The position numbers and the translations under genes were made by a program. A stretch of 64,000 nt of DNA. Source: an uncultured bacterium. Its GTDB lineage: Bacteria > Verrucomicrobiota > Verrucomicrobiia > Limisphaerales > UBA8199. The notes beneath the pieces were generated by a model, which did no database searches, had not been told where the DNA came from, and saw only the letters and a program-made list of their open reading frames with translations. The stretch lies in contig CAVVMW010000016.1 in NCBI GenBank assembly GCA_963749495.1, forward strand, positions 71,708 through 135,707, written 5' to 3'. Positions 55,201-64,000 of the stretch are shown here, piece after piece; within the stretch, counting starts at the first letter, position 1; each line of letters opens with the position of its first letter.

Positions 55201-57268
55201 TGGTGGAACCATGTCCTCGCCGACATTGTGGGCGGCACCGTGGTGAGCCCTCCGGACTTTAGCGTCACCACGCCCGGCTTCGAGATCAGCACCAACAACG
55301 AGAGCGGCGACAACTACGTCGAGCGCGTCAGCGGCTTCTTCATCCCGCCCACGACCGATACGTATATCTTCTGGTGCAATTCGGACGACTATTGCGACCT
55401 GTTCGTGAGCACCGACTCCAGCCCGCTCAACAAGCGGCTTGTGGCCCAGGAACTGGCGTGGTCGGCTGCGTTCAATTGGACCGGCGACGACGGCGCTGCG
55501 GCCGACGCCTGGCTCAAGCGGTCGGACCAGTTCACCGACTGGACCACGGGCCTCCAATATCCCAATGGCATCCGCCTGGTTGCCGGCCAGAAGTACTACA
55601 TGGAAGTCATCCATTATGAAGGCGGCGGCGGCGATAACGTCGAGGTCACCTATTCCTCGTTCAGCCAGATGACCGCCCCGAGCCTCGGCGATGACACCCT
55701 CCTCTACGGGAGCCAAATCGGCATGCTCACGCCCCAGACCCACGTTTCCTTCACCACGCAGCCGGCGAGTGTGACGACCGAGAACCTCCTGCCCGTCGCC
55801 TTCGCGGCCCAGGTGGCCACCGATTCGACGATCGCCTTCAACAACACTTGCGGCGATCCCAGGCCCGCCGTCGGCCAATTCCTGGAATACCAGTGGTACA
55901 GGAACAACACCGCCATCGCCGGCGCCACCGAGTCCGACTACATCATCCCGCAGGCCATGCCGGCCGACAACGGCGCGCAGTTCTACTGCGCCGTCCGGGC
56001 CGTCGGCATGGTGGACTCCTCGGGCAAACAGGTCTGGAGCAACAGCGCGCTGGCCACCCTCACGGTGCAGAATGTCGGCCCGGCCCTCGCCTACTCGGCC
56101 AGCTACCTCAACTCCAACCCCGTCAACTTCACCAATCCCGCGCAGCAGTATGTGTGCGTCACGTTCAACAAGGCCATGGACCCGGCCAAGGCCCTCACGT
56201 TGGCCAACTACACCTTGAGCGCGGGCAGCGGTTTGACGCCGGTCTCGGTCATGATCAGCAGCAACGAGATGCGGGCCGTGGCCATTGCCGTCACGGGCAC
56301 ACCCGTCTTCCCGTTCACCGTCACGGTCGCCAACATGGCTGACGCCCTGGGCGACGCCTTCGTGGGCCGACCCACCGCCAGCGTCAACAAGAACGTGCCG
56401 CTCACCTGCCAGGACATCGGGGTCGCGGGCGACCCGTCCCTCCCGGGCATGATGTTCGTCACCAGTTCCAATGCCTACACCATCCAGTGCCGAAGGCAGC
56501 GACATCTATAACGCCCAGGACGGCTTCAACTTCGCCTGGGAGCAGAAGTCCGGCGACTTCGACGTCGTCGTCCGCCAAAAGGACATCCGGCACACCTCCA
56601 ACTGGTCCAAGGGCGGCCTGATGGTGCGCGAGGACCTTACCCCCGCCAGCCGCAATTGGAACATCGTCAACGACCCGCTCGCGTCCGACGGCATTGCTGC
56701 CCCGGACCTCAGCGGCTACGGCGCCAGCGCGGTCGAGTGCAATTGCCGCAGCACCAATGACGTTGCCACTGACTCGACCTGGCTGACGGATACCAACAGC
56801 GCCTCGCCTGACTATCCCGATGCCTGGGTGCGGATCAAGAGGACCGGTAACGGGCTCAATGCCTTCTCCAGCCAGGATGGCGTCAATTGGACCCAACTGG
56901 CGTATGACAATCCGACTAACTACGCGACCATGACGGCGCTGCCCAACACGGTCTATGTGGGCATCTGCACGACGGCTCACAACAACGACCCGGCCGGCAC
57001 GGCGTTCAGCGCGCTGCAATACCTGAACGTGGTGGATTACGACAACTACAACTCCTCCTACGTGCCCACTGTGCCCATCGGCGGCGCGGTCAAGATGGCC
57101 ATCACGCGGTCCGGCTCCAACCTGACCATCTCCTGGACCCCCGGTGGCGGCACGCTCCAATCCAGCCCGGCCCTCGGCTCCAGCGCCAACTGGCAGCCGG
57201 TTGCCGGCGCGACCAACCCGATGACCATCCCGATCAGCTCGGGCGTCGTGTTCTACCGGGTTAAATAA
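52255..57268 (+). CDS. Very large secreted PA14 x3 / Ig-like repeat protein with DUF1349-like terminal domains, frameshift near 56495
   Basis: 3x R(V/I)SG.(Y/F)I.P.TD.Y.F...DD..DL.(L/V)STD; YQW Ig motifs; continues in ORF 56471-57268. Confidence 0.8.
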
Positions 57269-57309
57269 TCCTCCGCCCGACCCGGCCAGACCGGGTTGAG
57301 GCCTCTCAC

Positions 57310-57344
57310 AGAGCCGCGGGAGCCCCCCTCCCGCGGCTCTTTTG
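57310..57344 (+). terminator. Rho-independent terminator
   Basis: AGAGCCGCGGGAG-loop-CTCCCGCGGCTCT followed by TTT. Confidence 0.75.
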
Positions 57345-57623
57345 TTGCCGAGGGGCGAGGGGCGACGAATGCCGAGGGGCGAGTGTCGAGGGACGTGCAT
57401 CGGAAGTCGCGAAGCGCCTGGAGTGCGTGGTTTTCCCGCGCTCTTGCCTTCGGATGACTCCAGGCGTGGGTTCAACAGAGCGGCGGAATGCGCCGCACTC
57501 CAGACGCTTGGCGACTTCGGTCGTGCGTCCCTTGCCCCCCATCCCTCGCCCCTCGCCCCTCGCCCCCCGCCCCTCCGACACTCGGCACTCGACACTCGGG
57601 CCTGGCTCCTCGACACTCGGAAG

Positions 57624-59039
57624 ATGAACAACGACACAACAACACGCACGCCCCGGCGCGCCTTTCTGGCGAGCACGGGGGCCCTCACCACGATCACTGC
57701 CCTGAACCCCGCGTTGGTCTTTGGCGCACAGGCCAATTCTGTGCTGGACCTTGGCCTGATCGGCTGCGGCGGACGCGGCACCTGGATAGCGAAGCTCTTC
57801 GCCGACTCGGCCAAGTTCCGCTGGGTGGCTTGCGCCGATTATTTCCAGGACAAGGTGGACGATTTCGGGCAGAAATTTCAGGTCGAGGCCTCGCGCCGCT
57901 ACTCCGGGCTGTCCGGCTACAAGCGGCTGCTGGAGGGAAAGCTCGACGGGGTGGTCATCGAGACGCCGCCCTATTTCCACCCGCAGCACGCCTCCGAGGC
58001 CGTCGAGGCGGGCAAACATGTGTACCTGGCCAAGCCCATCGCCGTGGATGCCCCGGGTTGCCAGGCCATTGCCGAAGCCGGCCGGCGCGCCACGGCCCGG
58101 AAGCTGGTGTTTCTGGTGGATTTTCAAACCCGGGCAAACGAGCACTTTCGCAATGCCATCGGCCAGGTCCACCGCGGCGCCATCGGCGAGATCGTCCTGG
58201 CGGAGGCCTTTTATCCCTGGTCCAGCGGCGGGCGCGGCGAACCACCGTCCAGACCCGAGGAGCAATTGCGGTCTTGGTACTATGTCTTGCCGCTCTCGGG
58301 CGACTTCATCGTCGAGCAGAGCATTCATGCCCTGGACATCGCCGCCTGGATCCTCAACGCAGACCCGATCAGCGCGCGCGGCACCGGCGGGCACAAGGTG
58401 CGTCCGCCCAACAGCATCTACGACCATTTCGCACTGCTCTACCGGTTCCCCGGTGATTTGGCGCTCTCGTTCACGTGCATCCAGAGCATCCCCATGATCA
58501 AGGACGAGATCCGCGCCCGGGCTTACGGCGCCGATGGGTTCATTGACGTGGATTACTTCGGCACTGTCGTGCTGCGCGGGCGCGAGACTGCCCTGCGGGC
58601 CGAGGTGCCGAACCTCTACACGACCGGGGTCCAGGTCAATATCAACGAATTCCATGCGGACATTGTCCGGGGCAATTGCGCGAACCTGACCGTGCCGGCC
58701 TCGGTCCGGTCGAACCTGACGGCCATCCTTGGACGAGAGGCGGCCTACCGCAATGAAGAAATCACCCTCGCCGGCCTGCTCAAGGAGGGCAAGAGACTCG
58801 AACCCAATTTGACGGGGCTGAAGAGTCGATCGGGGGCGCGCGCGTCGCGGTTTTCAGGCGTCGCTGCGCGACGCGGTCGAGCTTGGGCCATGGGTCCGTG
58901 GACTGAAGTCCACGGCTACCATCGGGCACCGCTGCGCGGTGAGCCGGACGCAGCGCGTGCGTCGCGCAGCAACGCAGTGACGGTAGCCGTGGACCTCGGT
59001 CCACGGTTGAGGGCGTGGGGAGGGTCGTGCGTCGCGTAG
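57624..59039 (+). CDS. Tat-exported Gfo/Idh/MocA oxidoreductase; frame runs ~70 codons into the repeat array
   Basis: PRRAFLAS, GLIGCGGRG, ETPPYFHP, YLAKPIAVD, IHALD; natural end expected near 58826. Confidence 0.85.
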   Translation: MNNDTTTRTPRRAFLASTGALTTITALNPALVFGAQANSVLDLGLIGCGGRGTWIAKLFADSAKFRWVACADYFQDKVDDFGQKFQVEASRRYSGLSGYKRLLEGKLDGVVIETPPYFHPQHASEAVEAGKHVYLAKPIAVDAPGCQAIAEAGRRATARKLVFLVDFQTRANEHFRNAIGQVHRGAIGEIVLAEAFYPWSSGGRGEPPSRPEEQLRSWYYVLPLSGDFIVEQSIHALDIAAWILNADPISARGTGGHKVRPPNSIYDHFALLYRFPGDLALSFTCIQSIPMIKDEIRARAYGADGFIDVDYFGTVVLRGRETALRAEVPNLYTTGVQVNINEFHADIVRGNCANLTVPASVRSNLTAILGREAAYRNEEITLAGLLKEGKRLEPNLTGLKSRSGARASRFSGVAARRGRAWAMGPWTEVHGYHRAPLRGEPDAARASRSNAVTVAVDLGPRLRAWGGSCVA

Positions 59040-59552
59040 CGACGCCTGACAGCGTCGCTACGCGACGCGGTCGAGCTTGGGCCATGGGTCCGTGGACTGA
59101 AGTCCACGGCTACCATCGGGCACCGCTACGCGGTGAGCCGGACGCAGCGCGTGCGTCGCGGAGCAACGCAGCGACGGTAGCCGTGGACCTCGGTCCACGG
59201 TTAATGCGTGGGAATGGTTGCGCGTCGCGTAGCGACGCCTGACAGCGCGGGCCGATCGAAGCCTGTTTTCAGGCGTCGCTACGCAACGCGGTCGAGCTTG
59301 GGCCATGGGTCCGTGGACTGAAGTCCACGGCTACCATCGGGCACCGCTACGCGGTGAGCCGGACGCAGCGCGTGCGTCGCGCAGCGACGCAGTGACGGTA
59401 GCCGTGGACCTCGGTCCACGGTTGAGGGCGTGGGGAGGGTCGTGCGTCGCGTAGCGACGCCTGACAGCGTCGCGTAGCGACGCGGGTGAGCTTGGGCCGT
59501 GGGTCCGTGGACTGGAAGTCCACGGCTACCCTCAGGCACCGCTGCGCGGTGA
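58858..59552. repeat. Tandem array of ~3.5 family-B REP units (~195 bp period)
   Basis: Units start near 58858, 59052, 59273 and 59467; lies between convergent genes. Confidence 0.9.
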
Positions 59553-59554
59553 CT

Positions 59555-60898
59555 TCACTTTGGGGGCGAGGCGTCTGCAACGCGTTCGCGGACCAACTCA
59601 ATCGAGCTGCGCAGGGTATAATACTGGTCGGCAAAGGAGGCGGGCACTCGCATCTTGTTGACTTCGCGCTCGATGTGCTCGAGGCGGGCCAGGAGTTGCG
59701 GACGCTGCTCGGCTGGCCAGTTGTGCAGATCCCGTTCCAGCGCCAGCAGGACCCTGTACCACCGGTAAACCTTCAATCTCACCCTCAGCCGCAGCAGGGT
59801 CGGCAAGAGGCGCACCGCCGGGACCAGCAACACGATGGCGGGGACAAACGCCACCAGGATGCGGTTGACCAGGCTCGCCAGCCAAAAGGGCAGCGAACGG
59901 TAAAGGAAACTCTTGCCTATCTTATAGTAGCGGCTGGCCTCGGTGCTGATCGGGTAGTCGTGCTCCAGGAGCGCGGGAAACTCGCCTTTCCTCCTGAGCA
60001 GATTCGGCGTCCCGTGTACCTCGCGGGCGGCGTCGATTAACAGGTCGCACAACACGGGGTGCAGGTGGGGCCGCGCCAGCAGTTCGACCGTGGGCGCAAC
60101 CAGAGAAACGTCGTGAGCAGGGATGTTCCTGCCAAAATCAATCGAGCCTTGGGGAAGCTCCAGTTTGTTGAGATAGGGGATCTTCCGCGAATAGCCGTCT
60201 GCTTGCGTGAAATCCAGCAGCCGGATGCCTGGAGCCAACAAGAGCTGTTTCATCACTTTGGGCGAAGCTGAGTCTCCCATCAGGAAGATGGCGTCCACCG
60301 CGCCATCCACCAGCGCCTTGGCCGCTTCCCCCGCCTCGATATCCTGGAACACGGTATCGCCACCCGCCTGGATTTCGTTGAGGTCCAACAGTTCCAAGGC
60401 CAGCGAGCGCGTCCCGCTGCCTGCGGGACCGATGGCCAGCTTCTTGCCCTTGAGCTCGCTCAGCAGTGTGATGGGGGCTCCGCGATAAAACACGAACAAT
60501 GGCTCGTACGAGATGCTCCCGAGCGAGACCAGGCTCAGCCGGGGCGTCGGGTTGCTCACTCCGCCCTGCACAAAGCCGATATCGACTTTGATGGCGGGAT
60601 CCTCCAGGCGCTGAAGATTCTGAAGCGAGCCCTCCGACGGCAGCACCTTAAGGGTCACGCCATTGCGCGCCAGAATCGCGCGATACTTCATGGCGTTGGT
60701 CTCGAAGCTGGTTCCAGGGCCGCCGCTCGTAATCGTGATCCGGTGGGGCGGCGCGGAATGGAAGAACCAGAAGAAAGCGAACACCACGATCCCGCTCAAG
60801 AGCAGAACGGTGCTAACGGCCACGGGACGACTCAGCCCGAACATCTCCATGAACGGCGCTGCCACCCTGTTCAGAACGCTCTTGCGGGCTTCTTTCAT
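59555..60898 (-). CDS. TAXI-family TRAP solute-binding protein, membrane-anchored type
   Basis: SEGSLQNLQRL, DIGFVQGG, YEPLFVFYR, IGPAGSGT. Confidence 0.9.
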   Translation of the reverse strand: MKEARKSVLNRVAAPFMEMFGLSRPVAVSTVLLLSGIVVFAFFWFFHSAPPHRITITSGGPGTSFETNAMKYRAILARNGVTLKVLPSEGSLQNLQRLEDPAIKVDIGFVQGGVSNPTPRLSLVSLGSISYEPLFVFYRGAPITLLSELKGKKLAIGPAGSGTRSLALELLDLNEIQAGGDTVFQDIEAGEAAKALVDGAVDAIFLMGDSASPKVMKQLLLAPGIRLLDFTQADGYSRKIPYLNKLELPQGSIDFGRNIPAHDVSLVAPTVELLARPHLHPVLCDLLIDAAREVHGTPNLLRRKGEFPALLEHDYPISTEASRYYKIGKSFLYRSLPFWLASLVNRILVAFVPAIVLLVPAVRLLPTLLRLRVRLKVYRWYRVLLALERDLHNWPAEQRPQLLARLEHIEREVNKMRVPASFADQYYTLRSSIELVRERVADASPPK

Positions 60899-61230
60899 CT
60901 TCAAGACATTTCCTTTATACTCGCAAGGGGGAGCGGGGCGCAATCAGCTTTTGGCTGCGGCCGTAACCGGGGCGCACTTGGCGGGAACCACCCTGCGAGA
61001 GAGGAGCGGGGAGCTCAGTTTAGTAGCCCGAAGGGCTTCTGATCACTCAGCCCAGGGTTGAACGAAGCCGCTTCGCGGCGGAGAAGACGGGACTCCTGCG
61101 GCTTCGCAGTTCGCAGGCTGGAGGGCTTGTTTTGCATTGGCCTTTGGTGGGGACTCCCCCAGACTGATGACGGTTCGCCGTGCATTGACGCACGGCAAAC
61201 CGTCACCATTAACTTGTAGCTACCGCAGCT

Positions 61231-62120
61231 ATGGATATAAAAAAAGTTCTCCTCACGCAATCCTGAACCGCTTTGCCGATGACCTGGCTCTGCTGCCGCT
61301 CCAGCCCCGAAGCCAAGAGATCTACTGGGTCTGTGTACGCCAACTCTCCGATCACTTTGAGCGCTCGCCCGACTTGGTCAGCGCCGAGGAACTGCGCCAG
61401 TATTTCATCCATCTCAAGACCGAGCGGCACTTGGCCCGCCAAACCTCCACGCAGGCTTTGTGTGCCATCAAACTCTTCTGGGAGAAAACCCTCCAGCGGC
61501 CCTGGCCCGCGGAACTGGAGTTTGTGCGCGCCACGCCCCAATTCAAGCTGCCAGTTATCCTCTCGGCCTCCGAGGTGCGCACGATTATCGCCCAGGTTGG
61601 CCCTCTGGACCATCGGGTCGCCCTGACGACGATCTACTCCTGTGGCCTGCGCTTGGGCGAAGCCGTCAACCTGGAAGTCGGCGACATTGATTCCCAACGG
61701 ATGTTCTTGCACATCCGGGCGGGCAAGGGCAACCGCGACCGTTATGTGCCCTTGCCCCAGCGCACCCTGGAACTGCTGCGCGAACTCTGGCGCAGCCACC
61801 GCCATCCACGATGGCTCTTCCCAGCTAAAGGCCACAGCGGTCTGGGCGCTCTTACCGCCACCGAGCCCATGAACCGCACCACGCTGCAACGAGCCTTCCG
61901 TCTGGCCCTGCACGCCAGCGGCATCAAAAAGGCGGCCCACATTCATACGCTGCGCCACAGCTATGCCACCCACCTGCTGGAGCAAGGCGAAAACCTCCGC
62001 CAATTGCAGGTCAACCTCGGCCATCACAGCCCCGTCACCACCGTCATCTACACCCACTTAACCACCCTCTGTCAGACTCAGCACCAGCAGCGCATTAACA
62101 AGTTCATGGGCGACCTCTAG
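61231..62120 (+). CDS. Tyrosine recombinase with N-terminal SAM-like domain (ATG 61231 needs a shift in the A7 run; alternative TTG 61137)
   Basis: YSCGLRLGE, GKGNRDR, HTLRHSYATHLLE, LGH...TT.IY. Confidence 0.9.
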
Positions 62121-62131
62121 GCGGCCTCTCA

Positions 62132-63372
62132 ATGGCCGCAGCCGCTCAGGACAGCGGCAGCTCCTTATCCGTCCACGAAGTGTTGTGCCGATGGCTCCGG
62201 CCTATCTGGAGCAGTTCGGAGCTGCCATGCCCACCCGCCAGTGCCGGGTGCTGCAACGCCTCTTGGCTTGCCGCACCCCGGCCCTGGGCGGGGCGATGTA
62301 CTGTTGCCCCAAGTGCGACCACCGCCACTTCAGTTATCACTCCTGCAACGACCGGCACTGCCCGCAGTGCGGCGGCCAGGATGCCCAGCAGTGGCTTGAT
62401 GAGAATAGCGCCCTGTTGCTGCCGGTGAACTATTTCCTGGTCACCTTCACCGTGCCCAACGGCTTGCGCCGCTGGATCCGCTCTCACCCCCAAAAGGGCT
62501 ATGACCTGCTACTGGCCTCCAGTTCCCAGGCCCTGCAGGATCTGGCTCAAAATCCCAAACGCCTCGGCGCCACCCTCGGTATGCTGGGGGTGCTCCACAC
62601 CTGGACGCGCACCCTCGAATACCATCCCCACGTCCACTACCTGGTGCCCGGCGGGGGCCTCAGCCCGGACCAGCGCCAGTGGATCTCCAGCCGCCCTCGG
62701 TTCCTGTTGCCGGTCAAAGCCCTGAGCGATCGCTGCCGCACGCTTTACCACCAGGCACTCCAAGAGCAGATGCCCGAGGCCCTTGATGACCTCCCGGCCA
62801 ACCTCTGGCAGCAACGCTGGGTCGTTCACAGCGCTGCTGTCGGCAGGGGCCAAAAGGCGTTGCGCTACCTCAGCCGTTACGTGTTTAAAACCGCCACCGG
62901 CAATCGCCAACTCCAATTGCTGCCTGACGGACGCTTGCGCTGGCCCTTCCGCCACAGTGCCACGGGGGCTTGGGGCCACATGGACATGGCCCCCTTCGAG
63001 TTCCTCCGCCGCTTCCTCCAGCACGTCCTGCCGCTCAGATTCCATCGGGTCCGCCGCTTTGGCTGGCTCCATCCAGGGGGACGCGCCCAGTTCAACCGCG
63101 TCCGAGCCCTGCTCAAAATACCGCCCTTACTCTCCGCGGCCGAGAAAGCCGCTTGGCAGCCTCCGACCTCCAGCCCGCCGACTGACCCGCCCTTGGCCGC
63201 TCAAGGAGTCTGCGCCCAGCCCACACCCCTGCCTGTCCGGCAGGCAGGCCTGCTTTGCCCGCATTGTGGCACCGGGTTGGTCCTGGTCGGCTCCTGGCGC
63301 CCATGGGACAACGTCATCCACTTGCCCGACGGCTCCCCCCTCGGCGTCCGCCGCACCATCAGGCCGCCATGA
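62132..63372 (+). CDS. IS91-family Y2 HUH transposase with Zn-binding domain (probable frameshift near 62192)
   Basis: CRTPALGG, CPKC, SCNDRHCPQC, HTW...HPHVH, YLSRY, FLQHVLP..F.RVR. Confidence 0.92.
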
Positions 63373-63662
63373 AAACCACGCCCTGGACCACCTCACTGCT
63401 CGTTCCGGCTGGGGGGCCAACTCCCACCCCCGCGCTTTGTTCGCGTGGCACCCGCTTCAGCGTCCCAAGGGGCCGGCGGCCGATCCCGGAACCTCCACGA
63501 CGCTGCTGCCCAGTCAGCACCGGGACTGGCGCAGCTTGGCACGGCTCTGACCCGTCCCCAAAAGCCTCGACCGCACACCGTAGTCAAAGCCAGATCCGGC
63601 ACTTTCCGCAGTACCCCCAAGGATGGCCCAACGAACCTTGGGCCGCGGCTTCGTTCAACCCA

Positions 63663-64000
63663 GGAATGTAAAGAACACGGGGGCGGTCCCAACTTCTCCA
63701 AAGTCACTTCTGTATTCCCGAGTCCCGGATTATCTCGCCCCCGCGTTCTCTACATTCCTTTTTCTGTTGCGCGGAACGCGCTACCCTGGGACCAGCGGCC
63801 GAACCTCCAGGCTACCCTGAAAGGGTTTCATCGGCAGCGCGCGACCGGTTTGGATCCCGCAGGTGTCGCTCGTCGGATGTGGCACACGCGAGCGCGATAC
63901 AACCCTTTCAGGGTAATCGGTCACGGGCCGCGTGACCCAGGGTAGCGCGTGCCGCGCAACAGAAAAAGGAATGTAGAGAACGCGGGGGCGAGATAATCCG
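63663..64000. repeat. Nested palindromic repeats, including a ~49 bp perfect IR (63727-63775 / 63952-64000) around a REP-like element
   Basis: CGGATTATCTCGCCCCCGCGTTCTCTACATTCCTTTTTCTGTTGCGCGG and its reverse complement; inner ACCCTGAAAGGGT / ACCCTTTCAGGGT. Confidence 0.85.

Larger units (their letters stand above)
61057..63659 (+). mobile_element. Tyrosine recombinase + IS91-type element with att-like ends
   Basis: IR GTTGAACGAAGCCGC (61057-61071) / GCGGCTTCGTTCAAC (63645-63659); CCAGG directly repeated outside both ends. Confidence 0.85.

Noticed and set aside
25059..58655. Long antisense ORFs (e.g. 25059-26399, 31742-33046, 33162-35315, 52429-54717, 57306-58655)
   Set aside because: Shadow frames of GC-rich genes with no recognisable motifs
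58858..59552. CRISPR-like periodic array
   Set aside because: Whole ~195-bp units repeat with no unique spacers, and no cas genes are present; it is a REP array
61231..62120. Integron integrase with a cassette array
   Set aside because: It lacks the IntI-specific insertion (RKYP...WQY...RRHH region) and no attC array is nearby
687..62200. About 14 frameshifted genes read as mass pseudogenisation or programmed frameshifting
   Set aside because: Single indels in otherwise intact, unrelated genes are best explained by long-read errors; only the A-run cases in mobile genes remain open
1..64000. tRNA/rRNA genes, prophage or retroelement genes
   Set aside because: No cloverleaf T-loop/CCA pattern, rRNA signature, phage structural gene or reverse transcriptase motif was seen by eye

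Overview
GC-rich 64 kb bacterial window whose gene content and repeat style suggest Verrucomicrobiota (Pedosphaera/Limisphaera-like); this is an inference. About 14 otherwise intact genes carry single-base frameshifts, which points to a long-read or unpolished assembly. The backbone holds mpl, secreted carbohydrate-active proteins (GH109, GH44, GHL10, a trypsin-GH5 fusion, CBM and PA14 repeat proteins), two Gfo/Idh/MocA oxidoreductases, DUF3300/DUF2950, a LytS/LytTR pair and a TAXI binding protein. The accessory content is heavy: (1) a nested duplication at 2.7-13.9 kb; (2) a complete ISL3 with an 8-bp target duplication and a long leader whose hairpin is kept in two transposase-less copies; (3) a decayed island splitting comM; (4) a DUF4338-IS4 transposase element inserted in a palindromic repeat; (5) a tyrosine recombinase + IS91-type HUH element bounded by 15-bp inverted arms and a duplicated CCAGG core, i.e. 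recombinase att-like ends rather than rolling-circle ends; (6) several toxin-antitoxin-like pairs; (7) many REP-like palindromes and short-period inverted tandem repeats, one set bracketing a GxxExxY remnant. No rRNA, tRNA or CRISPR array was recognised. All family calls are by eye from motifs, not from database searches.
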